From: Botryllus schlosseri
Taxonomy: Eukaryota
DNA: 64,000 nucleotides
Assembly (NCBI GenBank): GCA_051294905.1
Contig: CM119375.1
Location: forward strand, 1,178,001 to 1,242,000
Direction of reading: 5' to 3'
The notes below the pieces were generated by a model that saw nothing but the letters and a program-made list of their open reading frames with translations, was not told where the DNA came from and did not search any database. How positions within the stretch are numbered: position 1 is the stretch's first letter; each line of letters starts with the position of its first letter. Below are positions 28,694 through 42,764 of this stretch, piece by piece. Position numbers and translations under genes: made by a program.

Positions 28694-28873
28694 AAATACA
28701 GGCAGTTTCTACTAAATAGATACTAAGCAGCCCTCGAGATTACCGGACCACGATCTGCTATATCGATTTCGATGCCGCCTAATTTTGATTTTCTATTACT
28801 TATCATTCAGTGTACAATTGTGCAATGTACATTGTACAAAAATGTTCATGCCTCTTCTCTACATCGCCTAGGC

Positions 28874-29313
28874 TAGGGGCGGGCAACATACGGCCTGAGA
28901 CAGGATTTTGCGCGGCCCGCAGACAGTTTCCGATCTTACATGATAATGTGGCTTGCGGCCACAATCTCGTACATACATTTTCGACCATGAGCATTAACAA
29001 GAAAAATCTGCGTTCCAATCTTACTGATGTTCATGCGCAGTCTTTACTAAGGGTTTCTATATCATGGAGCCAGAGAACTCGAAGAACTTGTTGATAAGTT
29101 TGATCGACCACTTCAACATCTATTGAAGTACATTACGGTAATAAATTTATTGAACACTGTTTAGACTCGAGGTTTACATTAAAGTACATTAAAGTCCTTG
29201 TATAGACCTAGGTGGATAAATACGCGATTAAAATATCGATTGAGCAATCCGGCCCGCCATGTTGGCTACATCATCTTCCTATATCAGGCCCGCTTAATGG
29301 AGAAGTTGCCCTG
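28874..29313. mobile_element. hAT MITE related to 9424-10211, inserted in a LINE 3' UTR
   Basis: Left end TAGGGGCGGGCAAC; shortened right end GAAGTTGCCCTG; TSD GCCTAGGC at 28866-28873 and 29314-29321. The flanks rejoin as the LINE tail consensus. Confidence 0.75.
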
Positions 29314-29568
29314 GCCTAGGCCCCCAGGTGGGTGTCTGATTTCGGAGACTACTCCTAGTCCTTCCAACACCTTCTTATCTTTTCATGGTATCGCAATCTT
29401 GTGGTGTTTTGAAAGGATAAAAGGACAAAACTCATCCCAATTACGAATATTGTTATGACTACTGAGATGCGTTTCGTGGGGAATGCCTCGACTGCATAAT
29501 TTATTGAAAAGGTGTGGACTCGCAACGCCGTAATACATATAACTCGATATAATAACTCAGTATTATAT

Positions 29569-32500
29569 CTACAGGGCGTAAGTGAATGCAATATCAGTTC
29601 CGGCTAATTTTTCCGTCATTTGTCGGTCAATCATCTCCGATTGTGCCACAGTGAGGTGATCTTTCCAACTTCCAACTTCTCCTGTAAAAATGGAGAAAGT
29701 TTGTCTGATTTGAACGGCCAGCATTCGCATCAAGCCAAGTAAAGTGGGAGTGTCACATTCAAAAATACATTCACATATAATAACGATGTCGGTAACTGAG
29801 ACCATCCAGCAGATTTGGACAGGAAATTTTCATCTTTTCTAGATTAGATTGGAATTCGAATTATGGGCTGGCTACGCAGTTTTCATCCAAATTTGATTAG
29901 AATTAGATTGATCGAATTCGCAAAGACTTGGAAATTGAATTAAATTCCGAACTAGAAAGAAATGCAACAAAAAGCAAGTTCAAATCAAATTTGAATTCAT
30001 TCTCGTAATCATGAGAACGGCAAATGTCTGTACAGTTGTACACCTAGGTTGACTCGCTTTGCACGATACAGTTCTGTAGCGTTTTTAGTAAAACCAGAAA
30101 TTATATTAAGGAAAGGAAAGGACGTAGTTTATTTTTGTCCTTTATGTTTTTGCGGCATATACACCGACTCATGATACACATACACACGATCTGCGCATAT
30201 GCATACCATGAGTGCATGATCTGCATATGCCGCTGGACAAGGAAGTGCAGATGTAGCCTTTACGCTTTCTTAGTCATGCACCACCCCTCCATGCTATCCC
30301 AGTAATGCATGAGCGCCAAGCAGGGAAGCCATGGATACCAGTGTTACTAATCAGGTCTTTGGTCTGACCCGGCCGGGAATCGAACCCACGACCTACCGAT
30401 CAAGAAGCCGGACGCTTAACCATTACGCTATCTTGTCTATTAGAATTAAATTTAAAGCATAGAAACATGCCACAGATTAGAATTAAATTATCGGCATTTC
30501 CCTCTAATTGGGGAACTAGAATTATCACATATATTGTACCGCTGCGAGTGCTTCTCTACGCGAATATACCTTTACGAAGATTCTGCGTCCTTACACCCGC
30601 CGCGTTTTTCATCGCCGATATCGTGCATCTGTCGGACGTTCTTTGGACGTCATCCTCACTCAATTGCACTTCAAGAAATTCTGAAATCCTTAGAAGCTCG
30701 GACGCGAAGTCCTGCGATGTATGCATGCTTGTTACTCAAGAAAATCAACAAGCAGACAGAACCAGATGTTACCTTTTTTAACGATTCGTATTCGACTAAC
30801 AGGATATCTTTGTTGCGTTTTATCTGCTTCATCCAACCGGTCAGATGCTCCGGGTACCACTCTCCCTTACCCACCCCAGTGGGGTGCTCTCCTATTAAGA
30901 TAAGAGGTGGTCAAACTAGTCAACGTTTTAATCAAGTGCGAAGTACAAATTTCTTCACGAGAACAAAGTAGCAAGCACCGATTTCTAAAGCACGTCAAAA
31001 CAACGTCGAGTGCATGGGGATAGAAGTTGAGAAGGTCTGTAAAGTACTTGAGCAAGTATTCCGAGCGAGATGGCGTAATGGTGGTGCGTCCAGCTTCTTG
31101 GTCGGTAGGTCATGGGTTCGAATCAGACCAAAGACTATAAAACTGGTATCCGCAGCTAAGATGACCTTACTAAAGGTCGTATCGCGTCTCCGTCGTCAAA
31201 GCATCTCGATGGTGCAGGTGAAAATGAATACTCAAAACTATAAAAGTGAGATTGGCTCGTGACTCGGAGCCTTGTGACTTGGTAGCAACTCTGACCATAC
31301 GTCCTCCTTTTTCAGGAAATAGAAAATGTCCTCCGAGGACACCTAAATGTCTTCCTTTTTGATAATTTGTCCTTATTTGCAGCTTTTACAGCTAGGAAAA
31401 TGGACAGGGTGAACTGAAAATCGGCAGAAATGACGTGAAATAGGTAATACGGACGTTCGAGCGGGTTATTCGGGAGTCGAAGGAAAGTGATGACCTTTTG
31501 GCGCTTCTTCGATATACGTCCGGGATCGAAACAGTGTTCCTCATGACAAAGGCAAAAAAACAACAATTTATTTTGACGTTTATACAATTGTATCGTGTTC
31601 ATGGGAAACACTTGCTGATGTCATGTGAAACACTGTTTCGATCCCGGGCTTATATCGAAGAAGCGCCGACCTTATTTTAGTCAACACCAAAGAATTAACG
31701 TAAAAAGTGAGTAATTCGGGAGTCGAGTCAAAGTGATGACCTTTTTTATTTAGTTTACTCAAGGTTTCCAGTCAATATATCAAAATTTGCTATTTTCAAT
31801 TTCGGTCATCTAACTTTTATGATTTGGTCAAAGTGACGGGGAAGTGTCGAAACAATTTTGAATACCGGCGGTGTACTTGTCGAAAAATTCATTCCAATCC
31901 TTTCCCAGAATAGCATTTTTCTGTTCTTCCGTGTACATTCTCAACTTGGTGGCGAAATGGTACCAAGAAACGGCCTGGTCCTTTGGATTCCGGTATACGT
32001 AAATGACCTGAGGCAGTACGAGAAATAAACAAAGTACTTCGTAGTCTCGGGAATGTACGGATCCTGTCGATATACTCAGTTATCTCTCAAGTATTATGTG
32101 TGGAGGTGTTCAAGTCTAGCTAACGATACAGTACGAGCTTAAAAACAGTTCGGACTTGCTTCAGACATGATACATCAGTGATACCTGAGTATATGCTACA
32201 GGGCCGAATTTGAGTCGTTGTGGATGATGATGGTATTTACCCAGCATTGTGTTCAACAGGGTGCGTTCTCGGCATGAACCGACACTATTCACCAAGTATA
32301 AAAGATTCCTCATAATAGTACCCCACCTTTGAATTGCTTTTTTTCAAACTTTCGAAGTTGAAGAGTTCCGCGGGCACGTGGGTGAAAAAGAATTTTCGAG
32401 GAATTGGAAAATTAGGGTAAACGTCGAACTTCTTTCCTGCGGAAAAACATAGTCATTTAACGGCACATGCGATGCCACCACTAGATTGGGGACTAAACTT

Positions 32501-35500
32501 GTACAAACTACGAATCTATGGCAAATTGACGGTCAACTAAGCACTGCTTTTCATGAGCAGACCAGCCTTCAACGCGCTTACAGAATTACCGCCTTAGTAG
32601 ATTTGGTATTGCGTCCCAATGCCAATCTCCATAACAATGAAAAATTCGAGGCTGATTGTGGGAGTTCCAGGGCCACGAGCGGAATAAAATTTATATTTTC
32701 GTAATCAGTTCAAAGTCAGCTTTCGATTGATACCTGTTTCACCAAATTTAATGCTCGACAAGCCGGTCAAAAATGACCGTCAAATTGCCTGTAGCCAAAT
32801 GGAAATTGTGACGTGATACAATTTCACTGAGGCGTGAGATTTGCCTGTGTCGACACCATATAGGACACATTCGAGGCTGATTTTGGCGGGTTCCAGGACC
32901 ACGAGCAGAATATAATTTTTATTTTCGCAATCAGTACCGCGGTAGCTTTCGATTGATACCCGTTTTATCAAATTTAATACTCGACAAGTCGGTCAAAAAT
33001 TACCGTCAAATTGGCTTTGACCAAATGACCAATCTCACTGAGCCATGAGATTTGCTTACCACACCATATAGGACACTATGGTTGAACTATACAGACTGCA
33101 GTCGTCCGGTCGCGATGAAGTGTATCGGAATATCGAGTTAACTACTGTAGCAGACCGCAGGTCCTTTTCATTCGGTGTCCCTATAGTTAACGCCATATAT
33201 CTGTTATGAAGGAAATATACTGTATGCTCGTACTAGGATTTTACCCTATAATGACAACTATCAGAACTCTACTATCTCTTCTAGTGTTGCGCAAGCTTCA
33301 TAAGCATTGTTACGCCAAACATAGTCCTAGCTAGAGTGCTGCCTATTTCCTTCGCTAGAACCAGGGATATCTATAACTTAGATATCCCTGACTAGAACTT
33401 TACCAACCCGTTCTCATTGGCTAAAGCTTACAATCGCATACATTGCTACGCATTTTCGGGTATAAAAACCCACGTTTTCTCTGTTACGGTCCTTGAGATC
33501 TGAGATTCACCTCAGCGCCTGACGTACTTACTCTGCAATACATCCGACCGAGTGAACTTGTGGGCTAAGGAATCACCAGCCGCAAGACAGTAAGTCGCAG
33601 TTCAGCTACGTAGCTCCAGCACGACACAACCGCCTGTTTCACTACACACTGAAAAGTCGCACATGCTCAAGCGATACATGCTCATTGCTCAAGTGTCGCA
33701 TATGCTCAATTGTCCCCAAGCTCATTTGTCCCCATGCTCAAATGCCACCATGCACAAGTGTCCCCATGCTCACGTGTTCACATGTACAACATATGTGACC
33801 ATGACCATGCCGATCAGTCCCCATGCTATAATGCGTCAGCATGCAAAAGTGTCGCACACTAATCTTTCCCCATGCTCATATGTCCCACTGGTCGTGTTTC
33901 ACCATGCTCCTGTAGGCTATCAGTATCGGTTTATTATTATTTTCATCATTTCAAAACACCACAAAACTGCAATACAATGAAAAGATAGAAATGTGTCGAA
34001 ACGACGTGGAGTAGTTTTTGAAATCAGACACCCACATTGGCTTAAGCGATGTACAGAAGAGGTATGTGTGGAAGACCTAACATAGTGGATGTAAAGAGAT
34101 TCACAATCGTTTTTAGACAGCTTTATTTCTGCGTCCTCACGGCAGCAAGTTCAGACCACAGAAGAGGTATGTATTGTCGTGGGTCCACCAAGTGTCCATT
34201 TCACGTAGTCGGTGCTAGACACTTGGCGGCCCTACAAATAACAGTATACATAGTACTAACTATAACAATCATCACATACACCCCTAATGGGTGGGTTGTC
34301 ACATATGCACATTGCAAACTGAATGAAAAGTCAAGAAGATAACATAACAAGCAAGCGACAAAATGAGATGGCATGTCGCGGAAGGCGAGATCGTTGTGTT
34401 AGGTTGTGGTCCGGTAATCTTGATGGCATTCATCCATGTGTCCCCATCCCATGCTCATGTGTCCTCATGCTTTAGCGTCGCATGCTCAACTGTAGTTTTT
34501 CATATTGTTGCATACTCAAATGTCGGGCAATCGACTCAGAGATAGCAATGGCGGCAAGAACACCACACAACAGATATCCGGTAGTCTCCTGTCCTGCAGT
34601 AGTCTGGCAATTATTTTTTTTTTCAAAAATGCCCAACTGTAAACTAAAACTACTCACTTTACAAAATTTACAACTAGAACTGAAACTAAAAATACTCACA
34701 AATCCAGTAGTTAGTTGACCGTCAACTGACTACAACAGTGTTTCTCAACCGGGGGTACGCGAAGCATTTTCATGGGGTCCGCGAAGCCTCCAAATTTGGA
34801 AAATGATTGATAATCTATTTTTTTTCAAATGAGTAAAATCACAAGGCAGTTTTGCTTCATAACTGCTAAAACTTCAGTACTCCACTCATATCAATAGAAT
34901 AGCCGTCTGAGAAGAAATATCCTACCGTGCATACATAGCCTACTCATTTCAATTGCCAAAATTACCAATAGCTTTCTGATAAAGACATATTGATGTTTAG
35001 AGATGTGTTGTAAAAATAAAAAGTTGGAGTAGTAACGTCAATCAGGACGACTTCGAAATGTTTGCTAAACATTATGGATTTGAAGTTGTCCGTCTCAGCA
35101 AATTAGTGAACACTGAACAGGAACACTGAATTTGAATTAGAAAATCCAATTTTCCAGATCTGTTCAAATAAAGCAGTGGTTCCCAACCTGTGGTACGCGT
35201 ACCACTCACTAGTGGTACGCGAAGGTCTTCCAGGTGGTACGCGAGTAGATTCTGTTTTTTTTTTTGACCGAAGGAAGTTCAGGTATCAGTTATCAGTTCA
35301 GACTTTAAGTTTTTTGAAGCCGTCGTCGTCGTGGGTAGGGGTGATCCCACCAATGACGGCCTACGACAGGGGTGGCCAACTGCGACCGCATGCGGCCATA
35401 GAAGGGAATTTGTGCGGCTGTGGACACGTAATTCAATTAGTATGCGTGGGCGGCCGTCGACATGCAATTTGAATTTATGAATTGACTCCCGATTTCGTGA

Positions 35501-38500
35501 CATATTTTAATTAATCTTGAAATTTTCTTCGCGCTGCGCGCGATTCGTTGTGTCTTTTTCGATTTAAATAAAGTAGGTCCCTTTGCAATTAGAGCCCCAC
35601 ATTTCAGATTCGAGGACTAGAGGAAAATGATGCACCCCATATAGAAATATACCAACTCGGGAATCGTGTACATCTCACTATACCGACAATCCTGATGGGG
35701 GGTCAAAAAATAACAGCATGCAGCAAAATGATGATGCACCCGAAGATGCATCATCATTTATAAAACTTGCCCAAAAATTTCGAAAAAATACCCTCATTAA
35801 ACTCTACCGGTGAATCTGACCACATCCGTGGGCTGAGAAAGGATAAATGCTTGATAGCAATATGTAAAACTACTAATATTAATCACGAAATTCATTAGTA
35901 AATCTGAAAAAGATTTCGCGCTTCGCGCGGCAATTCCTGCAGCCCCACAACATCACCAGTAGCCACTCGCGATTTTGGTGCGTATAGCAAGCCTATATGA
36001 TTAAATAGATTAGTTCGGAGTTCACCGGAAATGGACATAGACACTATAACGTGGGTATTGGGCATCCACCTATAGTTAATCACGACGATGCCCTGAAATG
36101 CGGCCGAGGGCTACATGAATAGTTAAAATGCGGCTGTGAATGGGAAAAAAGTTTGGCCACCCCTGGCCTATGGGGAAGAGATCTAGTCGCAAAGCATCGG
36201 GATTCTTACCAAACCAAATTCGGTTTTAATATATTTGACTACACGAATTCCAAATGGATCCACTACAGAAATCATATACTGCACCTTAATGGGCAGTTTA
36301 TTTTCTGTTTCGCTGCCTTCGGCAGCTCAACCCGGTGGATACATTTTTGACCGCCTTTGGCGGGCGTAATTTATGTAGGTGGTACGCGAGCACTGCATAA
36401 AACCTCGAAATTGTACGCGGGTGGAAAAAGGTTGGGAACCACTGAAATAAAGGAATTGAAACGTCGCCAAGGAATCTATTTTCTCCTGTGATATATGTAA
36501 CCACTATTCCGGAGTTACTTCACTATATGAGCTGCTAGAACAGTGGTTCTCAAACTTTTTTAGAGACGTGCTTTCTTACAGTTGATTAGATAAGTCTCAA
36601 ATATGAAATTCGCACTATAAATATAGCAATAACTATGGAATGGAGGTAAATCGCGCGGAGCGTGAAATGTTTGTTCAGTTGACCGCCGCATCGCGCCCCT
36701 TTCAGATGCTCTCACTATTTCAACTGCGGTCCACTATATGCGTGGTGCTGGCAGCATAAAAAAATCAACCCAAAAGCCGCATGCTCCTTGAAAATTTCAC
36801 TTGCTTTGTTACAAGACTTTGCTCGAATATTTAGTGACTCTCTGCTGTGAGCTTGACGCGCAATCACACATCATCAAGGGCGAATTAAACCACATGTAGG
36901 TAGTCAGCGAATGATGCTTATTCAACCATTCAATGAAATTGATATCGTTGTCTGATGTAAAAATCTAGCAGGCGTACAGGCTCAATCTTGATTTCATATG
37001 TTTATTGTATCATAAAAACCAAATACGTGCGACTGGGGTGTTCGCTACCGTTGTATACCTTATTATTAACGGGGGTAATGTCGGTAGCAAATATTGAAAC
37101 CCGTTTTACACTCTGCCCAATATCAACGTAGCAATACTCAGACGCCGAATACATTGTCCGGTCTGGCCTAGACCGTTAAGGCGTAAGCTAAGCTTATATT
37201 CCCTTGCAAGTCCTTGGACATCGAAATTGTTGACAAAGCGACGGAAGATATTGATTTGATGGGATTATTATATCATTTGATTGTCATACACTTGGGGACG
37301 TTTAGAACGCCAATACGTACATCAGCATTGTGACATTATGTGGCCCGAGTCGTCGCTAGGTATTGTGTACGTACGTTAATATAGGCTATCACTTCACTGA
37401 AATGTGGGGTTGGAATTAGCAATATGACGCCACGTGACGTCATGAGGTTCACGTTGGCATTCACACAGAACCTTTCAAAACGGTTCGCGTTCACACGAAC
37501 CTGAACATTTCAGAGGTTCACACTATCCCTTCCCTACTAGAATGGTAGTTTTGTTTGTACAAGTCTGGATTCGCCGATTTGAAACTTCCTAGCGTAAAGG
37601 TGAATCCCCACGTGCATTGTGCAAAGTGCACGCATCAATGACCTCTCAAGAACTTGTGTATACTTCTGTAGCACGCTATTGATCGTTTCCTACTGCTGAC
37701 TTGCGCAATCGCGTACAAATATATGGAGCCGGAGAATTGAACTTACTGGAGCTAGTTTCCAAGAAGTGTGCCGTGAAAGGAATCGTCCGGGAGCTCTCTA
37801 ACAGGCTTTCGTTGCTGCCGTACAGGATTTGACGAACAATCTCCAAGCACCACGTTGTTCCTGCACAAATTTGCTGCCTATGTTACGCATTAGTTACCAT
37901 ACCACAGGGTTTCAATTTGACCTCTGCATTGAAGTTTGGTCCTAGTCGGAATGGTACTAATGACACGATTCTGTTGATAATGATTTGCCGTTTTATACAG
38001 TGGCGTAGCAGTCACTTGGCGGTTCTGACTCTGCGCCAGGGTGAGATGGAAAATCACGAGCTAATTAGTTGGGATCAAGAGTGGCATCGGTGGGTGCATG
38101 GCCTACTAAAAACACGGCCTTACAGTCTGCCTATTGACCTGAAAATTAAGAGGCCAGTTCTGAAAAAGTGTAAATCTCACAGTTATACCTACGCATATGG
38201 TAAGTAGCGCGCAAGTCAAAACCACAGTGGATTCTGACTAGGATTTATTGTCTTAAGATGATGGAATATCGTTTTAACACGGAAACAATCATTTTAGTCC
38301 CAAAACAGCTGCTAGTCAGGTGGTCAATTCACGGATATTACTGCAAAAACTCGTGCGGATGAATACAGTTGTAGTTGTTGTTGTTGAAGTCAAGACATTT
38401 GTAGTTGTTCGGGTTGAGCCGTGTGTTGCTGTTCGTCGCATTGCACTTGTTTCTTTCGCTATGTAGAGTATATTCACGAGCTAAGGGTCAGTATAATCAT

Positions 38501-41138
38501 TTGATAGGCTAGTTAGCAATCAGGTTACTGTTCCTCGACAGTGCCAGCGGTTCAAGTTGACGCGAAGAACGTCGTGTTCGAACGGCTCTATTGTAGTATC
38601 ATAATCTGCTTGCTCGCTAACATAGTCTTGGATACGGTAGTCTATTTTGACGAATTGTATAACTGGTAGCGTTGGTTCTACGACATTTATAATGACGAAG
38701 GCATGTTCATTGTAACTGCTTCTATAGAATTTCATGAATTGTTGCAAGGCTTGGATAGGGTGCTGTGCCAGAATACTATTTTACTTCAGTGATGTATAAT
38801 TTGTTAATATTCATTTTCTAGTGTAGTTAATAGGCGATGGTTCTTAAGTGTTGTGTGGTTGGGTGTACTTCTGGTCTGGATATACTACTGCCAAATCTGC
38901 CAAAGTCTCAAGCAGGAGATCAGCATGTTATATACTATGAGCTATGTTTGGAAAACTTTCCGAAAATCAAAAATGCCATAAAATCTACAGTCAATTGAGG
39001 GTGCAGATGCAACATAATGGGATACCTGTGCCTTTACCAACATGGTTCCGCACAAGCAGAAATACTCTGTTCAAAAGGAAATGCGAGCTACTAAACTTCC
39101 CAAGCTATTTGGATAGTCTAACTGATCCGGATGCCGAAGTAGATATTTTGGAGGAGCTGCGTAATCTACGATACCACAAGGCTGTCAATACTCTGGCATA
39201 CTCTGGCAATATGATCCGGTACTGCTTGCTTTTACGTTCTATTTCTTGCCAAGCGCACAAGACACTTTTGGAAACTTTCCCTATGCCATCTTTGAGCTGT
39301 TTGCGAACAAGACTAAAGGGACTATTGATTTTTCAAAGGCCATGGAAATTTCTGAGGATGTTATCGTGATGGTGGATGAAATGTATCTGCAAAAAAAGTG
39401 TGCAATATCATGGTGGCAAATATTATGGTGCTGCTGAAGATGGAAATCTTTACAAAGGCGTCATAGTGATTATGATCAAGGGACTTGAAAAATCGCTTCC
39501 TTTAGTCCTACAAATTTTACCAGAAACACAAATTTAAGGTGCCTGGTTAGCGCAAAAGCTGTCTGAGTGCATCACGAAAATCTCGGATCTAGAATTTAAT
39601 ATGAGAGGTATTGTTTCTGACAACCACAGTACCAACGTTCGTGCTTTCAATACACTGTCATCGCAGTTCGGTGAGTTGTTCATTTGGTGAAGAACATTCG
39701 CAACAATCTACTGAATGCTAGGAGATTTTCCTCTCCATCATTCTATATTAAATGTGGCGATATATCCATAATTAGCCCTGCTGGTTATATTGCATGGCAG
39801 TTGAAGTGTAGCCTAATTCCCGAATGGCTCCAAAGCTAACAAAGGAAGCACTACATCCTGGCCACAACCACAAGCAGAACGTCAACCTGGCACTGGCTAT
39901 CTTTGATGAAAAAACCATAGCAGCTTGCTCCAAATACCTTTCAGATAAGGCGGATACCTCAAAGTCATACATATGTGGTGGAGTGTTGTAAACAGCAAGC
40001 AGAGGTACTCCCCCAATAGTCTTGGTAATGCTGTCATTCTGCGGACTGCACTGAGTGTAGCTTATCGCCCACGACTGATGAAACCGAAGAGGAATATGAT
40101 GAATATTTCAGTTTGGTGGATAGGGGACGGTTGACTGTACCTGCCGTTCAAGTGGCCCATTTTGTATTTGATTCCTTCGCAGTTCTAGATTCGGCTAATC
40201 AGTTCATATCTAACCTTTGCACTGTTCCTCTGCGCCGTGCAGCTATACGTGTGTTGAAAGTTGTTTTAGGTAAATCACGAATTGGTTGCAATATACGTAG
40301 TTAAAATTGTACAAATGTCGCGTTCAAGAAAATTGTGAACATTTTTTACAATAATCAGCAAAAATTTGCGAATTCCTCACTCAGGGAAGACTAAGTTCGC
40401 CAATTTAAAGAGAGGCAAAGGCAAAAGAAGTGATGGTCCTGTAAGGCTGTGATATTTGTCTTCGAAGGCTCTAATTCAAGAGTTTCTGCACCCATTTTTC
40501 TTTGATTATGCAAATTTTGTTCCTAATTTTTTGTTATATATTGCTGCAATAGACTGTTTTTACATACATTCTGCACTGGTGTGTTAGTAGAGTACCAGAG
40601 ACAGGTAGCAATATGACAATATCGCATTTTCTGACCAATTGAGTGCACAGCTGGTAAGGATTGGAAAGTAGACTTTAGGCCTCTTAATTTTCAGGTCAAT
40701 AGGCAGACTGTAAGGCCGTGTTTTTAGTAGGCCATGGTGGGTGTTATCGACAATATGTTGCGAGTGACAGAAGGGTAATTAGGGTGGAAGCCGATCAAAA
40801 CCCTTTTTTTAGTCAACACTACAAGATTTCCAGTAAATATTACAAAATCAGCTGTTGTCAATTTCGATAAACTAACTTTATGGTTTTTAAAAATACTCCT
40901 CCTTTTTACTGGTATTACCCTTACCTGTTTTCGGGTAACTAGCGACGATTACTGAATTTTCCGGTATTTTCCAGTCGTTCATCATGAACTCCATGCATTC
41001 GGCCGAAAAAAACGGCAAAAACAGTTTTCCCCTACATTCAGTCGCCGCGTTGCCCTCCTTGTTTTGCGCGTAGTCCGAAATCTCTTGCATGACGCGCTTG
41101 ATATCTTCGGAAAATGTAGGCTGACTAGATCCCTCCAT
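29569..41138 (-). CDS. Cytosolic sulfotransferase, copy C, 317 aa, 7 exons
   Basis: Exons (-): 41138-40925, 37860-37747, 32436-32327, 32007-31866, 30891-30773, 30711-30570, 29681-29569 (954 nt, no stops). 5'-PSB loop YPKTGTTW, catalytic THVP, 3'-PB YRNPKDQAVSWY, LRKGEVGSWK. Confidence 0.92.
30130..30432 (-). mobile_element. tRNA-derived SINE
   Basis: Minus strand: A-box-like TAGCGTAATGG, B-box GGTTCGATTCC, then GGGTCAGACCAAAGAC..GGTATCCATGGCTTCCCTGCTTGGCGCTCA. Related copies at ~31069-31290(+) and ~45790-46002(-). Confidence 0.8.
31069..31290 (+). mobile_element. tRNA-derived SINE, diverged copy
   Basis: TGGCGTAATGG...GGGTTCGAATC followed by AGACCAAAGACTATAAAACTGGTATCCGC. Confidence 0.65.
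33660..33900. repeat. Degenerate ~15-bp minisatellite (TGTCCCCATGCTCAA-like)
   Basis: Recurrent CATGCTCA. Related tracts at ~34420-34540 and, reversed, ~14660-14760 next to CCTAAC-rich sequence. Confidence 0.6.
35174..36444. mobile_element. hAT (Charlie-like) MITE carrying a nested MITE
   Basis: TIR CAGTGGTTCCCAACC / GGTTGGGAACCACTG; TSD AAATAAAG at 35166-35173 and 36445-36452. Confidence 0.9.
35367..36165. mobile_element. Nested hAT MITE (799 bp)
   Basis: TIR CAGGGGTGGCCAAC / TTTGGCCACCCCTG; eroded TSD GCCTACGA / GCCTATGG; partial second copy at ~42380-42665(-). Confidence 0.75.
38097..40736 (+). mobile_element. Decayed P-element/THAP9-superfamily transposon (2640 bp)
   Basis: Perfect 59-bp TIRs starting CATGGCCTACTAAAAAC; 7-bp TSD GTGGGTG (38090-38096, 40737-40743). 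THAP-like start MVLKCCVVGC at 38837. Frameshifted transposase pieces VMVDEMYLQK, GIVSDNHSTNVRAF, HLVKNIRNNL, KLTKEALHPGHNHKQNVNLALAIF. Confidence 0.9.
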
Positions 41139-42764
41139 TGTAGAAATAGGCACTGGCTATTAGACAGCGACTGTCCACTGCAAACGTTAAGTTACCGCCA
41201 CGATGGCTGTGTGAAAAAGCTTTCAATTTTTTTAACTCGACAATAGATAGCTGACCGCAGTAGATTAGTTACTACGGAGGCACTCGAGGGAAATGTTTAC
41301 AGTGCTAAGGTAACGCGGGGATATTTGGATATCGCTGACGTTACGAATACCGAGAGTGCTGTACAGCTACACATGAAATAATTGAGAGATCGATCGATGG
41401 AAATATATCGACATAGACCTCACCTCACCAAGCAGCTACTCGATTTCGTTATATTGACTGGAAGAGGCATATATGACATTTGATTCCAATGTTAAGCAAT
41501 AAACGGGCTTCTGATGTACAAAGCTATAGCAGTAGCACCATTCCTCACAAGTTATCTCGTATTCAAAGCAACACCACTGTATCAGCGTCTGCTGAGCACG
41601 CCCCAGTACACGTGCTGTAGATTGCTGGCGGCTTCGAAACTACAATACTGATTTGTCGTGCGTGACATTTGCAATGGAGTCCATTCGGACAAAAAATTCG
41701 CCAAATGCAATCGCCGTAGCAGTATGTGATTATCATGACAGATATCCACGGAAACAAACCGCTTAGTAAAGAATTCGAGTTGAAGAGACTCCTGGAAGTA
41801 CATATAACTTCAATATACAAAGAAATAATGTATTCATATTGAAACAAACCTGAGTATTCAATTCAATTTATTGCTACAATTTCCATCATTCCATTACACC
41901 ACAAGAATGTGTCTGTGTTGAAGTCGACTATCATAAATTTGACCAATCCTGATTATGTCGGCAGAAAGAGTTTCTATACAATTTTAAATTTTTCCATTAT
42001 ACCGCTATAGTCACTTTGTTGCATGCCGTTATTTCTTGACCTCCCATCAGAATTGTCGGCATAGTGCAGCGGTTCACAAACTGGGGCGCGCGCCCCCTTG
42101 GGGGTCGTGCAAGCATCTGAATGGGTAGGGGGGGGGGTAGAAGCCGCTTGAGAGAAACGATGTTTCTTGGATTCCGAATGAGTCTAATTTGTGCTGAAAC
42201 TTCCAAGTTTCAAAAATGGCAATAATCCAAATTATATTTCGATTTTAAATTTCATAATTTCGTCGTACCATCCACTTACTGATGCTAGATTTTGACTGAT
42301 ACTAAAATAAACCTTGCACCTATCAGAAGATATCCCTGAATGAAGTGTAACTGGTAAATGCGCGTTTGGAATGCCCCACCAGAAACAAATTTCTTTGGTG
42401 AGGATCACACAGTTCCATGTTGGTATTTCTATAGGGGGTGCATCATTTTATTCAGCTGTTCGCATCTGTACTGTGGGCCTCAAATTAGAAAAGGCCTTAC
42501 TATATTAAAATTGTAATCACAATGAATCGCGCAGGGCGCTAAGAAAATTCCAAGATCAATTTGAATCTCACAAAAATTCTGGAGTCAATTCCTAAATTCA
42601 ATTTGCATGTCGCCGGCCGCCAACACACACTTATTGAGTTACGTCTCCACGGCCGCAGGTTGGCCAATGACCACCCCCGTTCTAGTCGTTTAAGCACCTT
42701 CGGATCTTTTCCTTGTATCGCAATCTTGTGGTGTTTTGGAAGAGATGAACTTATTACTTATTAG

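Noticed and set aside
30360-30432. tRNA-like sequence with A and B boxes
   Set aside because: It lacks a full cloverleaf, continues into a shared body and occurs in three diverged copies, so it is a SINE head rather than a tRNA gene.
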